Below, one piece after another: positions 29,478 to 40,006 of a stretch of DNA of 64,000 nt. The stretch is from Spirochaetia bacterium (GTDB lineage: Bacteria; Spirochaetota; Spirochaetia; SP-2023): the NCBI GenBank assembly GCA_965225855.1, contig CBDDCK010000005.1:1792001-1856000 (forward strand). Direction: 5' to 3'. The notes under the pieces were generated by a model, which worked only from the letters and a program-made list of their open reading frames with translations, did no database searches and was not told where the DNA came from. The translations under genes were made by a program, and so were the position numbers. Position 1 is the stretch's first letter. Each line of letters starts with the position of its first letter.

Positions 29478-30368
29478 CTAGAATTCATGAATTTCTTTGC
29501 GCATCAATCTTCGGGTAAAAAAGACCAAAAAGCCAGCAAGCAAAATAGATTCAACGCCAATTGCCGAAGCATAGCCCATTTGAAAAATTGGTTCGCGTTG
29601 TCCAAACCCGGTAATGTACATGTACACACTGGTATTATAGAGTTCTTGAGGAATATTTTGTGAACCAAAAGCATAGGGAAACTCAAAATCTTTGATAGCC
29701 AATATTATCCATAAAGTGATGGAAATAGTAATAACGTCCCAAATTAACGGAATTGTAATTCTTGTAAATTTTGCCCAGTTTGAAGCACCCTCTAAATCCG
29801 CTGCTTCAAACATTTCTTGCGGAATTTTATCGATGCCTGAAAGCAATATAACCAAGTAAAATCCTATATTTGACCAAATCATGGCAATGAGCATTGCATA
29901 TAAAACCGTTTCAGAACGCGTGAAAATAAAGCTATCTTCTCTCCCTAAAAGGTCTGCAATGATTTTGAATATACCAGTGTTTGGGTTGTAAAGATTTTGC
30001 CACATATTCACTGTAGCAAAAGCACTAACGATAAAAGGCAAGAAAATAACGGCACGATAAAACGATCGAACTTTAGCGTTTATTCCAGAAGAAAGAACAA
30101 GAGAAAAGTAAAAAGCTAAAATGAAATTTACTGCTCCTCCTATAACTATGATGGTTAGGGTATTTTTGATACTAAGCCAAAAGACTGGGTCAGAAAAGGA
30201 TTTTAAGTAATTATTTATTCCAACAAAATTTATATTATCACCAAATCCAGACCATTTAAAGAAACTCATAAAAATGGTTAGTAATGAAGGGATTGTAAAA
30301 AATAAACTATACAACAGAAGAGCAAGTAGCAGCATAAACAAAATAAAAATACGGCTTGCGCTTTTCAT
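29478..30368 (-). CDS. Carbohydrate ABC transporter permease (MalF-like)
   Basis: FVGINNY, EAADLEGAS, MGYASAI; ATG 30368 with RBS gggag. Confidence 0.92.
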   Translation of the reverse strand: MKSASRIFILFMLLLALLLYSLFFTIPSLLTIFMSFFKWSGFGDNINFVGINNYLKSFSDPVFWLSIKNTLTIIVIGGAVNFILAFYFSLVLSSGINAKVRSFYRAVIFLPFIVSAFATVNMWQNLYNPNTGIFKIIADLLGREDSFIFTRSETVLYAMLIAMIWSNIGFYLVILLSGIDKIPQEMFEAADLEGASNWAKFTRITIPLIWDVITISITLWIILAIKDFEFPYAFGSQNIPQELYNTSVYMYITGFGQREPIFQMGYASAIGVESILLAGFLVFFTRRLMRKEIHEF

Positions 30369-30448
30369 ATCAAATCTCCCTACAAATTTTTTCTGTGATT
30401 GATAAGCAATCAATGGGGGGTGATTCGCCCACCATTTTCGCTTTTCGC

Positions 30449-31750
30449 TTATTTTTGTTCCCAGTATTTAACTGTACTCTCTTTCATCGTTTGAATAAAT
30501 TCATCTATAGTAAGTTTCCCTAGGAAAAATTTACTATGGACAGATTGAAACGTACTTGTGAAATCCGGTAAAAATGCAGATAAATTACCATCAGTAAGAT
30601 AAGCTCCATCAGCATTCAGTAGTAAACTCCTAGCATCCTTCAAATCTTTTGGCCAATCAACTGTTTTATTTGGTACTCCAATATTTCCTAGCTCTACAAG
30701 TTTTTGCTGGCTAAAATCAGATAACAAATAGCGGATAAATGTTTTTGCAGCTTCGATATGTTTTGATTTTTTATAGATAGCTAATGCCATAGGTGCAACG
30801 GAAACTTGATTTAAGTTTTGTCCACCCGCAATAGTAGGGAAAGGGAAAATACCCCATTGGAATCCCTCATCAACAGTCTTGCTTAATTCTGTGGGCAACC
30901 AAGAGCCAACCAGCTCCATCGCAGTTTTTCCTATGGCAATATTATTTTGTGCCGCAGGATATTGATAACCACTACTTTCAGGCGGTATTGCTCCACTGTC
31001 AATTAATCGCTTCTCAATTTCTAATGCTTGGCGTACTTCCGGCTTATCCCAGCTTGTTCCTGTTTTATCCATAACTACATCGTAGAGAAAATTTGAACCG
31101 CCTATTTTTTGCATAATTCCAGTCAAGTACCAAAATTGATAAAATCCTACATTACCTTCTACTGCTATCGGATCAATGCCTTTAGCTTGTAGCTTATTTG
31201 AAATTTCTAAAAACTCATCAAAATTAGAAGGAGGGCTTGTTATTCCCGCAGCTTCAAACAATTGTTTGGAATAAAAGAATGCAATAATATTTATTATATA
31301 TGGAACGCCATACTGTACGTTATTATGCATAAGTGTATCGAAAACACCCGTTAAAGCTGTGTCGCGCAATATCTCGTTGCCTTTATAAGTCATTCCATCA
31401 GTTAAGTCGGTTAGGTCTACAACAAAATCTTCTTTTGTAACTAGGCCCATAAATTTGTCGCCATCACTATCGAAAAGGTCTACTTGTTTATTGGCTGCCA
31501 AATGGCTTCGCAATTTAACTAAAGACTGGCGACCATTAAAAGTAAATTTAATTTTTTCGCCGGTCTCCTCTTTTTGAAATAAATCCGCAATGGCAGTCAA
31601 AGCTTGGGCTTGTGGCTCCGGCTTATTCCACAAGGACCAATAAACTAGCTCTTTGGGAACTTCAGAAACTTCCTCTTTGCTGCTTGCCGGCTTTTCCTTA
31701 GCACAACTTAGCAACAAAAAAATTAGTACTAATATGCATAATTTTTTCAC
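30449..31750 (-). CDS. Carbohydrate ABC transporter substrate-binding lipoprotein
   Basis: GTG start with RBS aaggag; lipobox LLSC; YWSLWNKPEPQA, AMELVGSWLP. Confidence 0.9.
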   Translation of the reverse strand: MKKLCILVLIFLLLSCAKEKPASSKEEVSEVPKELVYWSLWNKPEPQAQALTAIADLFQKEETGEKIKFTFNGRQSLVKLRSHLAANKQVDLFDSDGDKFMGLVTKEDFVVDLTDLTDGMTYKGNEILRDTALTGVFDTLMHNNVQYGVPYIINIIAFFYSKQLFEAAGITSPPSNFDEFLEISNKLQAKGIDPIAVEGNVGFYQFWYLTGIMQKIGGSNFLYDVVMDKTGTSWDKPEVRQALEIEKRLIDSGAIPPESSGYQYPAAQNNIAIGKTAMELVGSWLPTELSKTVDEGFQWGIFPFPTIAGGQNLNQVSVAPMALAIYKKSKHIEAAKTFIRYLLSDFSQQKLVELGNIGVPNKTVDWPKDLKDARSLLLNADGAYLTDGNLSAFLPDFTSTFQSVHSKFFLGKLTIDEFIQTMKESTVKYWEQK

Positions 31751-31772
31751 AATAATTACTCCTTTAAGTAAA

Positions 31773-33845
31773 TTAAAATTTTTTATCAAAAGATTTATAA
31801 GCACCCATACGAAAATCTATTTCCATCGGTGGAATTTTCTCTTTGGTTACTTTAGCTCTCCATTCTTCACTATAAGAACAACCATTTTTAGCTGCTTCTT
31901 TCTTCCCTTCAAGAATATACCATATATCCATTAAAAGGTTTTCGCCCTCGCGCAATTGGGGATATCCATCAGAAAGAAGCTCTTCTACATAACCGTTGTG
32001 GTCCAACTCTACCGCCGCCCGCCCAACTAATACAGCCAGACGATCTTCTTTATAGTGATTTTGTTCTTTGAGCTGATCTTGTTGGTAATACTCCCACACT
32101 TCTGCATATCGTTGCATATTTAACAACACTTCTAAATATTCTTCGGTATAAGCTTTATCCAAGTTGGAAATCTTCAAAGCAAAAACGGCCTGATAGTAAT
32201 GTCTAACCTGTTCCAAATTTTCATTTTTCCAGTGGTGATATGCTAAATTCCTGTATGCTAGTGGGTTTTCTTTCCTCTCTAAAGATTTTTGCCATTCAGC
32301 CAGAGCTTTTTCATGCATAAAGTTTTCGTAATAAAAAACGCCAAGGTGCAGGCGACTATACCAGTGGTCTCCTTGTTCTATATTGAAACTAGCTTCCAAA
32401 ACGGGTAACCACGAGGAACTACTCATCCAAGACGGAACTGGCATGGCAATATCGTCTGGCTCGGCTAAAAAGCCTTTTTCCAGCAAATGTAGCCAATCAC
32501 TCTGTGCTGCATTGAGTGATGATTCAGGGAATATCATACTGGTAGGGGCAGCCCAGCCTTGCTTTTTAACTTCCAGAGCAGCCCAACCTTCTCCAGAATG
32601 AATTATGGCGTCAGGGCGCAGTTCCCCTTGGATTTTATATTGTTGGTATAACGCTTGAATCTCATCGGTGGAAATTATTTGCTCTATCTTCCCTTTGATA
32701 TTTCGAGAACTTTCCGACCAATTTTCTTGGTAGAAATCCTCCAGGTTATCTAGGTTGCCGGCACCAAAAACTTGGACAAAATCCCAACTTGTTTGGGGAG
32801 GTATCTCTAGCCCATGTAATTGGGTAGGTGCTAATCCAGATTGAATTTCAATGTAGTTGCCCGCAGATGAATTAGAAAGAAAATCTTTCCAGCGTTGACC
32901 GCCGCGGTGTGTGCCCCAGCAAAACATTTTCCGATAACGCAGCATGCTACTAGAACGCTCAAAAAAGAATCGCCCATTATCGTATATGGCCGCTTCCCAT
33001 GGAGATTCTGGTTTAGAATCATTTTGGAAAAAGTATTCACAGGAATGTTGGAATTGACTGGGAAAAGAGGCATCTCCGCCCGAAAGAATAGGTAAATTAG
33101 GCAATTCTGCCTGGCCAAAACCACGAGATAATTGCGGTTCCATGTAAAGGACGCGAGCATCTTCTGAAAATATCCGGGTGCTTTGCTCTTCGGTTATGGC
33201 AATATTTGTCCACCAATACATTGATTCCGGGCAATCTTTGGGGTTCGTTATTTTTACATATAGGTGCAAGGTTTCCGAGTTTTTGGGTAAATGGAAGTCC
33301 ATGGCCCAGAATAATTCCTTACAACGTTCAAAGTGATAGAAGCGTAAGAACTCTTCCCTTGTAGTGCCTACTTGATCAAAGAGTTTTGCCGCAAAGAGTG
33401 GGGAGCATGTGCTAAAAGAATGGCCGTATTGAGAAACGTTCCACTCAATCCCGCCAGAAAACCAGGCATTGCGGATAGCAAGATTAGCCAATTGAAAAAC
33501 CGGATTACAAAATAATAATTCGCGCTCTTGAGTTTTATGGTATAAAGAATACAGCCGCGCCCCATAATCGGGGAGAAATGTAGCCCTTAAAATATTATTT
33601 TCCAGAATTATAGTTTTTAGCTGTATAGAATGACGCTTGCGTGAATAACGGTCTTGCATTCGATAGGGAAGTACCCTAAAACCGGCATTTTGACCGATGG
33701 CGTGAGTGTCTTGAGGTTTTAATTGGTGCAGCCCTGAGATGCTTTCTACTGCTAAGTTAGGGTTTGCAGAGCGAAAGATAGGCAGGAGATTCTCATCTTC
33801 TAAAGCTGCACCCGAAATATCTAAAGACGAAGTATAAATGATCAT
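31773..33845 (-). CDS. DUF5107 domain protein with C-terminal TPR-like region
   Basis: LPYRMQDRY, LENNILRATFLPDYGARLYSL, NAWFSGGIEWN, YWWTNIA, KMFCWG, YIEIQSGLAPTQ. Confidence 0.85.
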   Translation of the reverse strand: MIIYTSSLDISGAALEDENLLPIFRSANPNLAVESISGLHQLKPQDTHAIGQNAGFRVLPYRMQDRYSRKRHSIQLKTIILENNILRATFLPDYGARLYSLYHKTQERELLFCNPVFQLANLAIRNAWFSGGIEWNVSQYGHSFSTCSPLFAAKLFDQVGTTREEFLRFYHFERCKELFWAMDFHLPKNSETLHLYVKITNPKDCPESMYWWTNIAITEEQSTRIFSEDARVLYMEPQLSRGFGQAELPNLPILSGGDASFPSQFQHSCEYFFQNDSKPESPWEAAIYDNGRFFFERSSSMLRYRKMFCWGTHRGGQRWKDFLSNSSAGNYIEIQSGLAPTQLHGLEIPPQTSWDFVQVFGAGNLDNLEDFYQENWSESSRNIKGKIEQIISTDEIQALYQQYKIQGELRPDAIIHSGEGWAALEVKKQGWAAPTSMIFPESSLNAAQSDWLHLLEKGFLAEPDDIAMPVPSWMSSSSWLPVLEASFNIEQGDHWYSRLHLGVFYYENFMHEKALAEWQKSLERKENPLAYRNLAYHHWKNENLEQVRHYYQAVFALKISNLDKAYTEEYLEVLLNMQRYAEVWEYYQQDQLKEQNHYKEDRLAVLVGRAAVELDHNGYVEELLSDGYPQLREGENLLMDIWYILEGKKEAAKNGCSYSEEWRAKVTKEKIPPMEIDFRMGAYKSFDKKF

Positions 33846-33862
33846 GAACTTATCGTAGCATG

Positions 33863-34030
33863 CCCTTTGGAAAATGTTAAGTATTTTTGCGCTTGAATTT
33901 TGCTGAAATTTTTTTAGCTCAAGTTTAGGAAAATAGCTATTTTTAGGCTTTCGCTTCTCTATAGCCGCCGCTAAAGTAATGTGAAATAATTTGGTTTTGC
34001 GAATCTGGGCGCAAGTTATGGACCTGCCAT
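33863..34030. repeat. Diverged direct repeat, copy 1 (3' end of histidine-phosphatase gene plus downstream DNA)
   Basis: Aligns by eye with 39214..39366, e.g. agctcaagtt(t)aggaaaatagctatttt(t)aggcttt..gcgaatctgg..gcaagttatggacctgccat. Confidence 0.9.
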
Positions 34031-34076
34031 TACAACTTAAAAATCTCTTGATGAAAGGTAAAAAGAGGTTTAAAGA

Positions 34077-37000
34077 TTAATTATCGTTATCCTTAATAAA
34101 ATTGACTAAGTTTTGCGTCTCTTTTTTGGGATTTCGCCACCAATTTGTACTCCATATCCGATGAAAGATAAACCCATTATCTTCAAGAATTTTTTGCCTG
34201 TATCTATCGTATAAATAGGCTTCTTGGCTTGAGTGATATTTTGCACCATCACACTCTATCGCAATTTTTGGCATTTTCTTCGTATCATACACCAAATCAA
34301 TTCTAAAGCCCCCAAATTCATACTGTGGTATGATCTTATTTTCATCAAAGTGTTCTATTAACGCCTCATACACTTCCTCTTCAAAAGGGGATTCTAAATC
34401 ACCATGTGGCTTATCAGATATGTTCTTTGATGAATTTTCAGCTAATGTTGTTAAAATTAAACCTCTGGCATTGTTATCTTCTTCGCTTATTGCTTTAGCA
34501 TAAGCTAAATAAGCATAAAACACACCTTTTCCATTATTAGATACCTCGGTGATAAGATGATCTTTATATTCTAAAAATCTTTTCTGTGGAACAGATGAGC
34601 AAACATACATTTTTCGTTTTGCTCTGGTAATAATGACATTAAGTAATCTATACCCTTTTTGCTGATTAAGAGAACCAAAGCTTTGTCGAAATTTGCCCTC
34701 TGGGTTAATACCGTATGTGGTAGAAAGCATTATTATATCTCTTTCATCGCCTTGAATATTTTCTAAATTTTTTACAAAAAATCCATTCTCTTCAAACTCT
34801 GTCATTTTTTCATTAAATAATTTATCAGCCACTTTTCTGTCCATTATCTTTTCTAAAATCAGATCGCGCTGCTTGATATTTAAAGTAGCGACACCGATTG
34901 TGGGATATTTACCATCTTCAAAACGTTCTATATTATCGATAATAGAGATGATTTCTTGGGCTTCATCTTCATTCTGGTTATCAACATAAGTGCCATTGAC
35001 ATCAATATATTCGATAGGTATATCATCTGATTTCTTAGGTAGAGGTTTTAACCTTTGATTATAAAAAGCATAATTTGAAAAATCAATCAGATATGGATGC
35101 TCTGAACGATAGTGAAAATCTAAATAATTCTTTTTAAAATGAGTCATAGAGGCAAAATCAAGAAGAGATTCACAATCCAACAAGGAATCACTAATATCAC
35201 TTTTAATTTTTTCTTCGTCATCATCAAAATAATCTTCGTCAGTTGTACCATCAAAAATTTTACTAAAGTAATTTGATGGTGGCATTTGATGTTCATCTCC
35301 TGCAATGATAACTTGTTTGCCTTTTAATAAAGCAGGTAGATTATCTTCGAGTCTCAATTGACTTGCTTCATCAAACATTACAATATCAAAATATGAATTG
35401 TTTGCTTTAAATAGATTACTCGCAATGTCTGGTGTAGTTAAAACAATGGGAAAAAATGAAGTCAATAAATCGATGTCAAATTTTACAATTTTTCGCAAGG
35501 ATAATCTTTTATTCTTTTTACTGGAGCGTTTATTGTAGAGATTTTCAATAGAAATATCCTTATTAGATTGAAAATTCTTTATGCTATTTATTTGGTTTGA
35601 ACGCCAATATTTATGAATGTATGCTATTTGTTGTTTCTCAATCTGTGATAAAGAATGAGTCAATTCAAGATGTGCTTTATCATCTGTTGGCAGCAAGTTT
35701 ATATTTGAAGATTTAATAAGTAATTTATTTAAATAAGAGACTGAAAATATTTTATCCCAATCTTCTTTGTCCAACAACTGATCAATTATGCCCCTCTGTG
35801 AATCTTTTAAATTATTGTAAAATTTGTACCAGTTAAATTCTTTAAAAAATAGCTCATCATCGCTGTTGAAAAAATCTTTTTGTAATTGAAACATCTTTGT
35901 TAAATCATCTCTTAAAATCTTTTCTTCTTTGATCTCTATTGCTATTTTCGTCCAATTATTTCGGTTTATCTTATCAACCAAATCTCTGTAAGCCTGATTG
36001 ATAATTTTAAACTTTGGTGTTTTATAGTTCTCATCAATGGGCTTTAACACATCTAAATCTCTTATTTCATCTTGTATGATTTGATCAAAAGTATCATTAG
36101 CATTATTTAAATCATTGAGATATTTATTTAATGTAAAATCTATATTTTCAAATGAATTAGGAAAATCGATTGGTTTTAAATCACTATTATTATTAATCAG
36201 ATTAAATATGTGATTGCGTTTATCTATCAATTCAGATTGTAGTTTTTGTAATTTATCATCAAATTCTAAAAGTAGCTTTTTAATTTCGCTATCTTTTGTC
36301 GTAAAGTGCTTTAATTGATTAAAACAAGATTGTTGTTTGATTTCGTCAATAAAAAAAGCGTCAATATGCAATCCCAACCATTCATTGTTGATTTGATCAT
36401 CTATTTGGTTTTTAATTATTTCTATATTTTCAATATACAAATAAAATAGTTTCTTATGCTCTTTAATCGTTTGACCAAACTCACATTTAGGCAAATCATC
36501 GCATTGATGTAAATAGGTTTCCATCTCTTGTATGGTATTAGAAACAATCTCTCTGGATTTTTTGAGTTTGGATAGCTCTTTTGAAAATAATGACTTAATC
36601 TTAAAGCCTAAAGAATTAACTTTTTGATCGTTAAGAAATAGGCTATTTGATGAATATTTTTCAAAAATTGAGCGAATGGTATCCATTTTATTGGTAACTT
36701 CATCGAGTTCTGTTTTAAATTTTATTTTTCGACATTTGATAAATTCATCTTTTTGTTTTTTTATTATTTCAGAGGCATTATTATATATCTCTTTAAACTC
36801 ACTTGATAAATGGCAATATATCTTAATACAATCAGCTATTTCATTTTTTCTTATATCAATGTATTCTCTATGATAATCCTCTATCTCATTTTGAATTTCT
36901 GAATATCTTTTTTCATAAAACGAGTAATCATCTTCAATCTGTTGCTTGATGGCATCGGGGTTATCTCCTATCAATTTAAGCCTGTTTAGAAATGAATGAT

Positions 37001-38513
37001 TTTTAAAATTTTTATAACGGCTATAAAGATTTTCTCCTTGCTTAGTCAAATCAACCAAATTGTGATACTCTGACGACTCATAAGAAAAATCTTCTTTTGG
37101 CAAATCAATCTTGTAGTTTGCCTTATCATTATTTTTTAAATGTTTGAGATACTTGCCAACAACATCTGTCCAATTATCATTACCTATCAATTTTTCATCT
37201 AATTTTTGATGTTTTTTATTAATTTCTTCAATGAGAGATTTGGTGTTTTTTACAATAATATTTAAAGTTTTATGATCATTTTCACTGTAATCAAAACCGT
37301 TTTTAGTTAATGCTTTTGTATTTAGAGAATCTGAGCTTGCTCTCACCGAATCAACCACTAATTTTCTATCTTTTTTAACATCTTTTATCAAAACCGACAA
37401 ATACCCAAGCCCTCTCTTATCCAAAGCATTCGACAAAACTTCTAAGGCTGTTCGTTTTTCACACACCACAATGACTTTTTTTCGATTCTCTAAAGCATTG
37501 ACTAAAATGGCGGTTAGGGATTGGCTTTTGCCTGTTCCGGGAGGCCCTTGTATGAGTGTATTTTTTTGCTTGTTCAAAGCATTTAAAATGCTCTGTTGTG
37601 AAGGGTCGGTTTTAACTGAAGAGATAGATTGGAAGGAATGATTTTTCATATCCTCAAAGCTGATCTCTACACTTTCTGCATTGGCAATAAGAGCATCATA
37701 ATCGGCTATTATATTTTGCTTTTGTACTTCAAAAATAGAGAATAGGCCACAAAAGTCTATAAAAGAATTATTATTCGATGCTAAAAGTTGTTGTTCGTAA
37801 GATTTTTTATCAGATATAGACTTTATATCATTAATACCTCTCTCAAAGGTTTCATCAAAATTTAGAGAAGTATTGATATTTATAGCTTTTATAATACGCT
37901 TACAAATATCCAAAAGCTCCTCTTTGTCAATGAGACCATCGTTTAATTCTTCAGAAATTTGCTCAATTTCAATTTTTGAATCATTTTTTAAATGATTTAT
38001 TAATACTTCATTGATATAAATGGCGTCATCTTCATCTCTTTTGATTTCCCAAACAGAGGCTACTTTTGCTCTCTTGATTTTTAACGACCAGATTAAAATA
38101 GGGGCAACGGTCAATTTATTATCTGATTCATCTTTACGGACTAAAAGAGGAAAACCAAATCCAAAGGTATTTATCCCTTTTTCTGATTCTATGGCATCTG
38201 TTTCGTTGATTAAATTATCAAAAGATTTTTTTATTTTCATAAGTTGCACTTGCTCATCTTCAGAAAATATTTCTAAATGAGAACCGCTCTCTTTGGGAGT
38301 AATTTTAAAATTTAAAGGTAGTTTCGTAAGCAAGACATTAACAAAATCCTTAGGGATATTCTGGTTATAAATAGAAAGTCGATGTAAATCAAACTTATAT
38401 TTTGAACGAGCTGGAATGGCATTTAAATGAACACCTCTTTTATTGCCTACTTTAAGTCGATTTTGTAATTCTTCTAATTGTCTTTGAGATATTTCCATTG
38501 GTTTCCTATCCAT
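34077..38513 (-). CDS. DUF4011-SF1B (UPF1/DNA2-like) helicase-Vsr-like endonuclease, Hhe-type defence candidate
   Basis: QGPPGTGKS, EKRTALEV, DEASQ, AGDEHQMPP, HYRS, ENIQGDERD, RLLNVIITRAK; C-terminal ESPFEEEV..FRIDLV..IAIECDGAKYH..DRYRQKILE..RIWSTNW; long coiled-coil insert. Confidence 0.85.
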   Translation of the reverse strand: MDRKPMEISQRQLEELQNRLKVGNKRGVHLNAIPARSKYKFDLHRLSIYNQNIPKDFVNVLLTKLPLNFKITPKESGSHLEIFSEDEQVQLMKIKKSFDNLINETDAIESEKGINTFGFGFPLLVRKDESDNKLTVAPILIWSLKIKRAKVASVWEIKRDEDDAIYINEVLINHLKNDSKIEIEQISEELNDGLIDKEELLDICKRIIKAININTSLNFDETFERGINDIKSISDKKSYEQQLLASNNNSFIDFCGLFSIFEVQKQNIIADYDALIANAESVEISFEDMKNHSFQSISSVKTDPSQQSILNALNKQKNTLIQGPPGTGKSQSLTAILVNALENRKKVIVVCEKRTALEVLSNALDKRGLGYLSVLIKDVKKDRKLVVDSVRASSDSLNTKALTKNGFDYSENDHKTLNIIVKNTKSLIEEINKKHQKLDEKLIGNDNWTDVVGKYLKHLKNNDKANYKIDLPKEDFSYESSEYHNLVDLTKQGENLYSRYKNFKNHSFLNRLKLIGDNPDAIKQQIEDDYSFYEKRYSEIQNEIEDYHREYIDIRKNEIADCIKIYCHLSSEFKEIYNNASEIIKKQKDEFIKCRKIKFKTELDEVTNKMDTIRSIFEKYSSNSLFLNDQKVNSLGFKIKSLFSKELSKLKKSREIVSNTIQEMETYLHQCDDLPKCEFGQTIKEHKKLFYLYIENIEIIKNQIDDQINNEWLGLHIDAFFIDEIKQQSCFNQLKHFTTKDSEIKKLLLEFDDKLQKLQSELIDKRNHIFNLINNNSDLKPIDFPNSFENIDFTLNKYLNDLNNANDTFDQIIQDEIRDLDVLKPIDENYKTPKFKIINQAYRDLVDKINRNNWTKIAIEIKEEKILRDDLTKMFQLQKDFFNSDDELFFKEFNWYKFYNNLKDSQRGIIDQLLDKEDWDKIFSVSYLNKLLIKSSNINLLPTDDKAHLELTHSLSQIEKQQIAYIHKYWRSNQINSIKNFQSNKDISIENLYNKRSSKKNKRLSLRKIVKFDIDLLTSFFPIVLTTPDIASNLFKANNSYFDIVMFDEASQLRLEDNLPALLKGKQVIIAGDEHQMPPSNYFSKIFDGTTDEDYFDDDEEKIKSDISDSLLDCESLLDFASMTHFKKNYLDFHYRSEHPYLIDFSNYAFYNQRLKPLPKKSDDIPIEYIDVNGTYVDNQNEDEAQEIISIIDNIERFEDGKYPTIGVATLNIKQRDLILEKIMDRKVADKLFNEKMTEFEENGFFVKNLENIQGDERDIIMLSTTYGINPEGKFRQSFGSLNQQKGYRLLNVIITRAKRKMYVCSSVPQKRFLEYKDHLITEVSNNGKGVFYAYLAYAKAISEEDNNARGLILTTLAENSSKNISDKPHGDLESPFEEEVYEALIEHFDENKIIPQYEFGGFRIDLVYDTKKMPKIAIECDGAKYHSSQEAYLYDRYRQKILEDNGFIFHRIWSTNWWRNPKKETQNLVNFIKDNDN

Positions 38514-38817
38514 CTCTTGTGAAATGTGTTTTTTACAACTCCTTAACGCACCATATCCGATAGAAATTCCACAAAATCATCGTCATAGTTGGGCGATTGA
38601 CAAACGATGTAGATGAAAGGTTTTATCGCTTAGTTTTACAATTTTTCGTGTATTGACTAAGTCTAGCAGTATATCAATAAATTATATCCTCTGTATATAC
38701 TTTCTTTTCCCAAATTCTAAAGCTGCCGTTTCCACATTAGATTTTCTTCATTTTTAAGTTATTTTGTTATTATCTCAATAGCTTGCTTGCTCGTTTCAAA
38801 TCCTAAGTTGCAAATTT

Positions 38818-38880
38818 AAAATGCTAGTAAGGTTTTTGCCCAAAACTTTACTAGCATTTTTGAAAACCTTACTAGCTTTT
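38818..38880. repeat. Inverted plus direct ~21-bp repeat cluster
   Basis: aaaatgctagtaaggtttt-tgccc-aaaactttactagcatttt followed by aaaaccttactagcttttt. Confidence 0.8.
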
Positions 38881-39213
38881 TTAAGGTTGTAGTAAGGGAA
38901 TTTGCCTATTGCCCAAAATTGTTGCCGAAGCTGTTGCGTTACAATTATATTTTAATACTTAAACCATATTACTACCGACCCATAACACATAATGCCGAAA
39001 AACAAAAATTCTTTTACTTGTTCTGTTTGTGGACAAAAATGCCAATGGCAGCAACAAGGCCATTATGACGGCTACAGCAAAGAAGACTACGAATTGCTAT
39101 TGAATGAGCTGGCGCAGATTAAAGGGTAAATTCTTACTAAGCAGTTATCTTTCCGAACCTTTGCGCAAAGTAGTTTCTGCTAATTGTAAATGCGCATGGA
39201 GCTTATATAACAT

Positions 39214-39366
39214 ACCTTTGGACAATGTCAAATATTTTTTGCTTTAATTTTTTGGTAGCTCAAGTTAGGAAAATAGCTATTTTAGGCTTTTGCTTCTCTA
39301 CAGCCGTTAAAGTAATGGGAAATAATTGGGTTTTGCGAATCTGGTTGCAAGTTATGGACCTGCCAT
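39214..39366. repeat. Diverged direct repeat, copy 2
   Basis: See 33863..34030. Confidence 0.9.
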
Positions 39367-39915
39367 ATTTCGCCATTGTGGGGTATGGCTTCTAAATACG
39401 ATGGGAACATATTGCGGAGATAGCCATAAATAAGGCGCATACACACGGCATGGCTCACAATAAGCGTGTTTTACTGTTCTTGCTTTTGGAATTTATCAAA
39501 AAATTTGCTCACACGCACGGCGATTTCTATTTCTTTATACGATTCTCCATCACCTTGGGGTTGCCAATTCCAACGCAGATTGCGGTCGTGAACATAGCCG
39601 GTTGCATTTTGCAACTCCATTATAACTCAAACCGGTATAAATACCCATATCCTGTTCTATAAGCAATGGTTCTTCTTCTATTTGCTCGAGACCAAATACT
39701 TGAGAAAATTGAGTTGCCGTTTGTTTGGCACGTAGCAAAGGGGAACTAATCAAATGTTCTATTGGATAATCTGCGCCAAGTTTTTGCTGGAATTCTAAGG
39801 CAATTTGCCGAGCATCTTTTGCACCCTGTTTGGTTAAAGGGTAATCCTTTCTCCCACCAAGAAGGTTTTCTAAATTGGCTTGGCTTTGGCAGTGTCTAAA
39901 ATAAATAAACTCATC
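39282..39915 (-). pseudogene. Histidine phosphatase (phosphoglycerate mutase family) pseudogene
   Basis: FIYFRHCQSQAN..DYPLT..SSPLLRAKQTA..EQDMG, frameshift near 39620, then GESY, in-frame TAA, LIVSHA..PHNGEIW; start ATG out of frame. Confidence 0.85.
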
Positions 39916-40006
39916 GTTCGTCTCTCTTACAAATTTCTATGTTTGTGCTCTGGCTACACGAAACAAGATACAAGTTTGCTTAAAAAAATCAAGACTGTTT
40001 GGCTGG

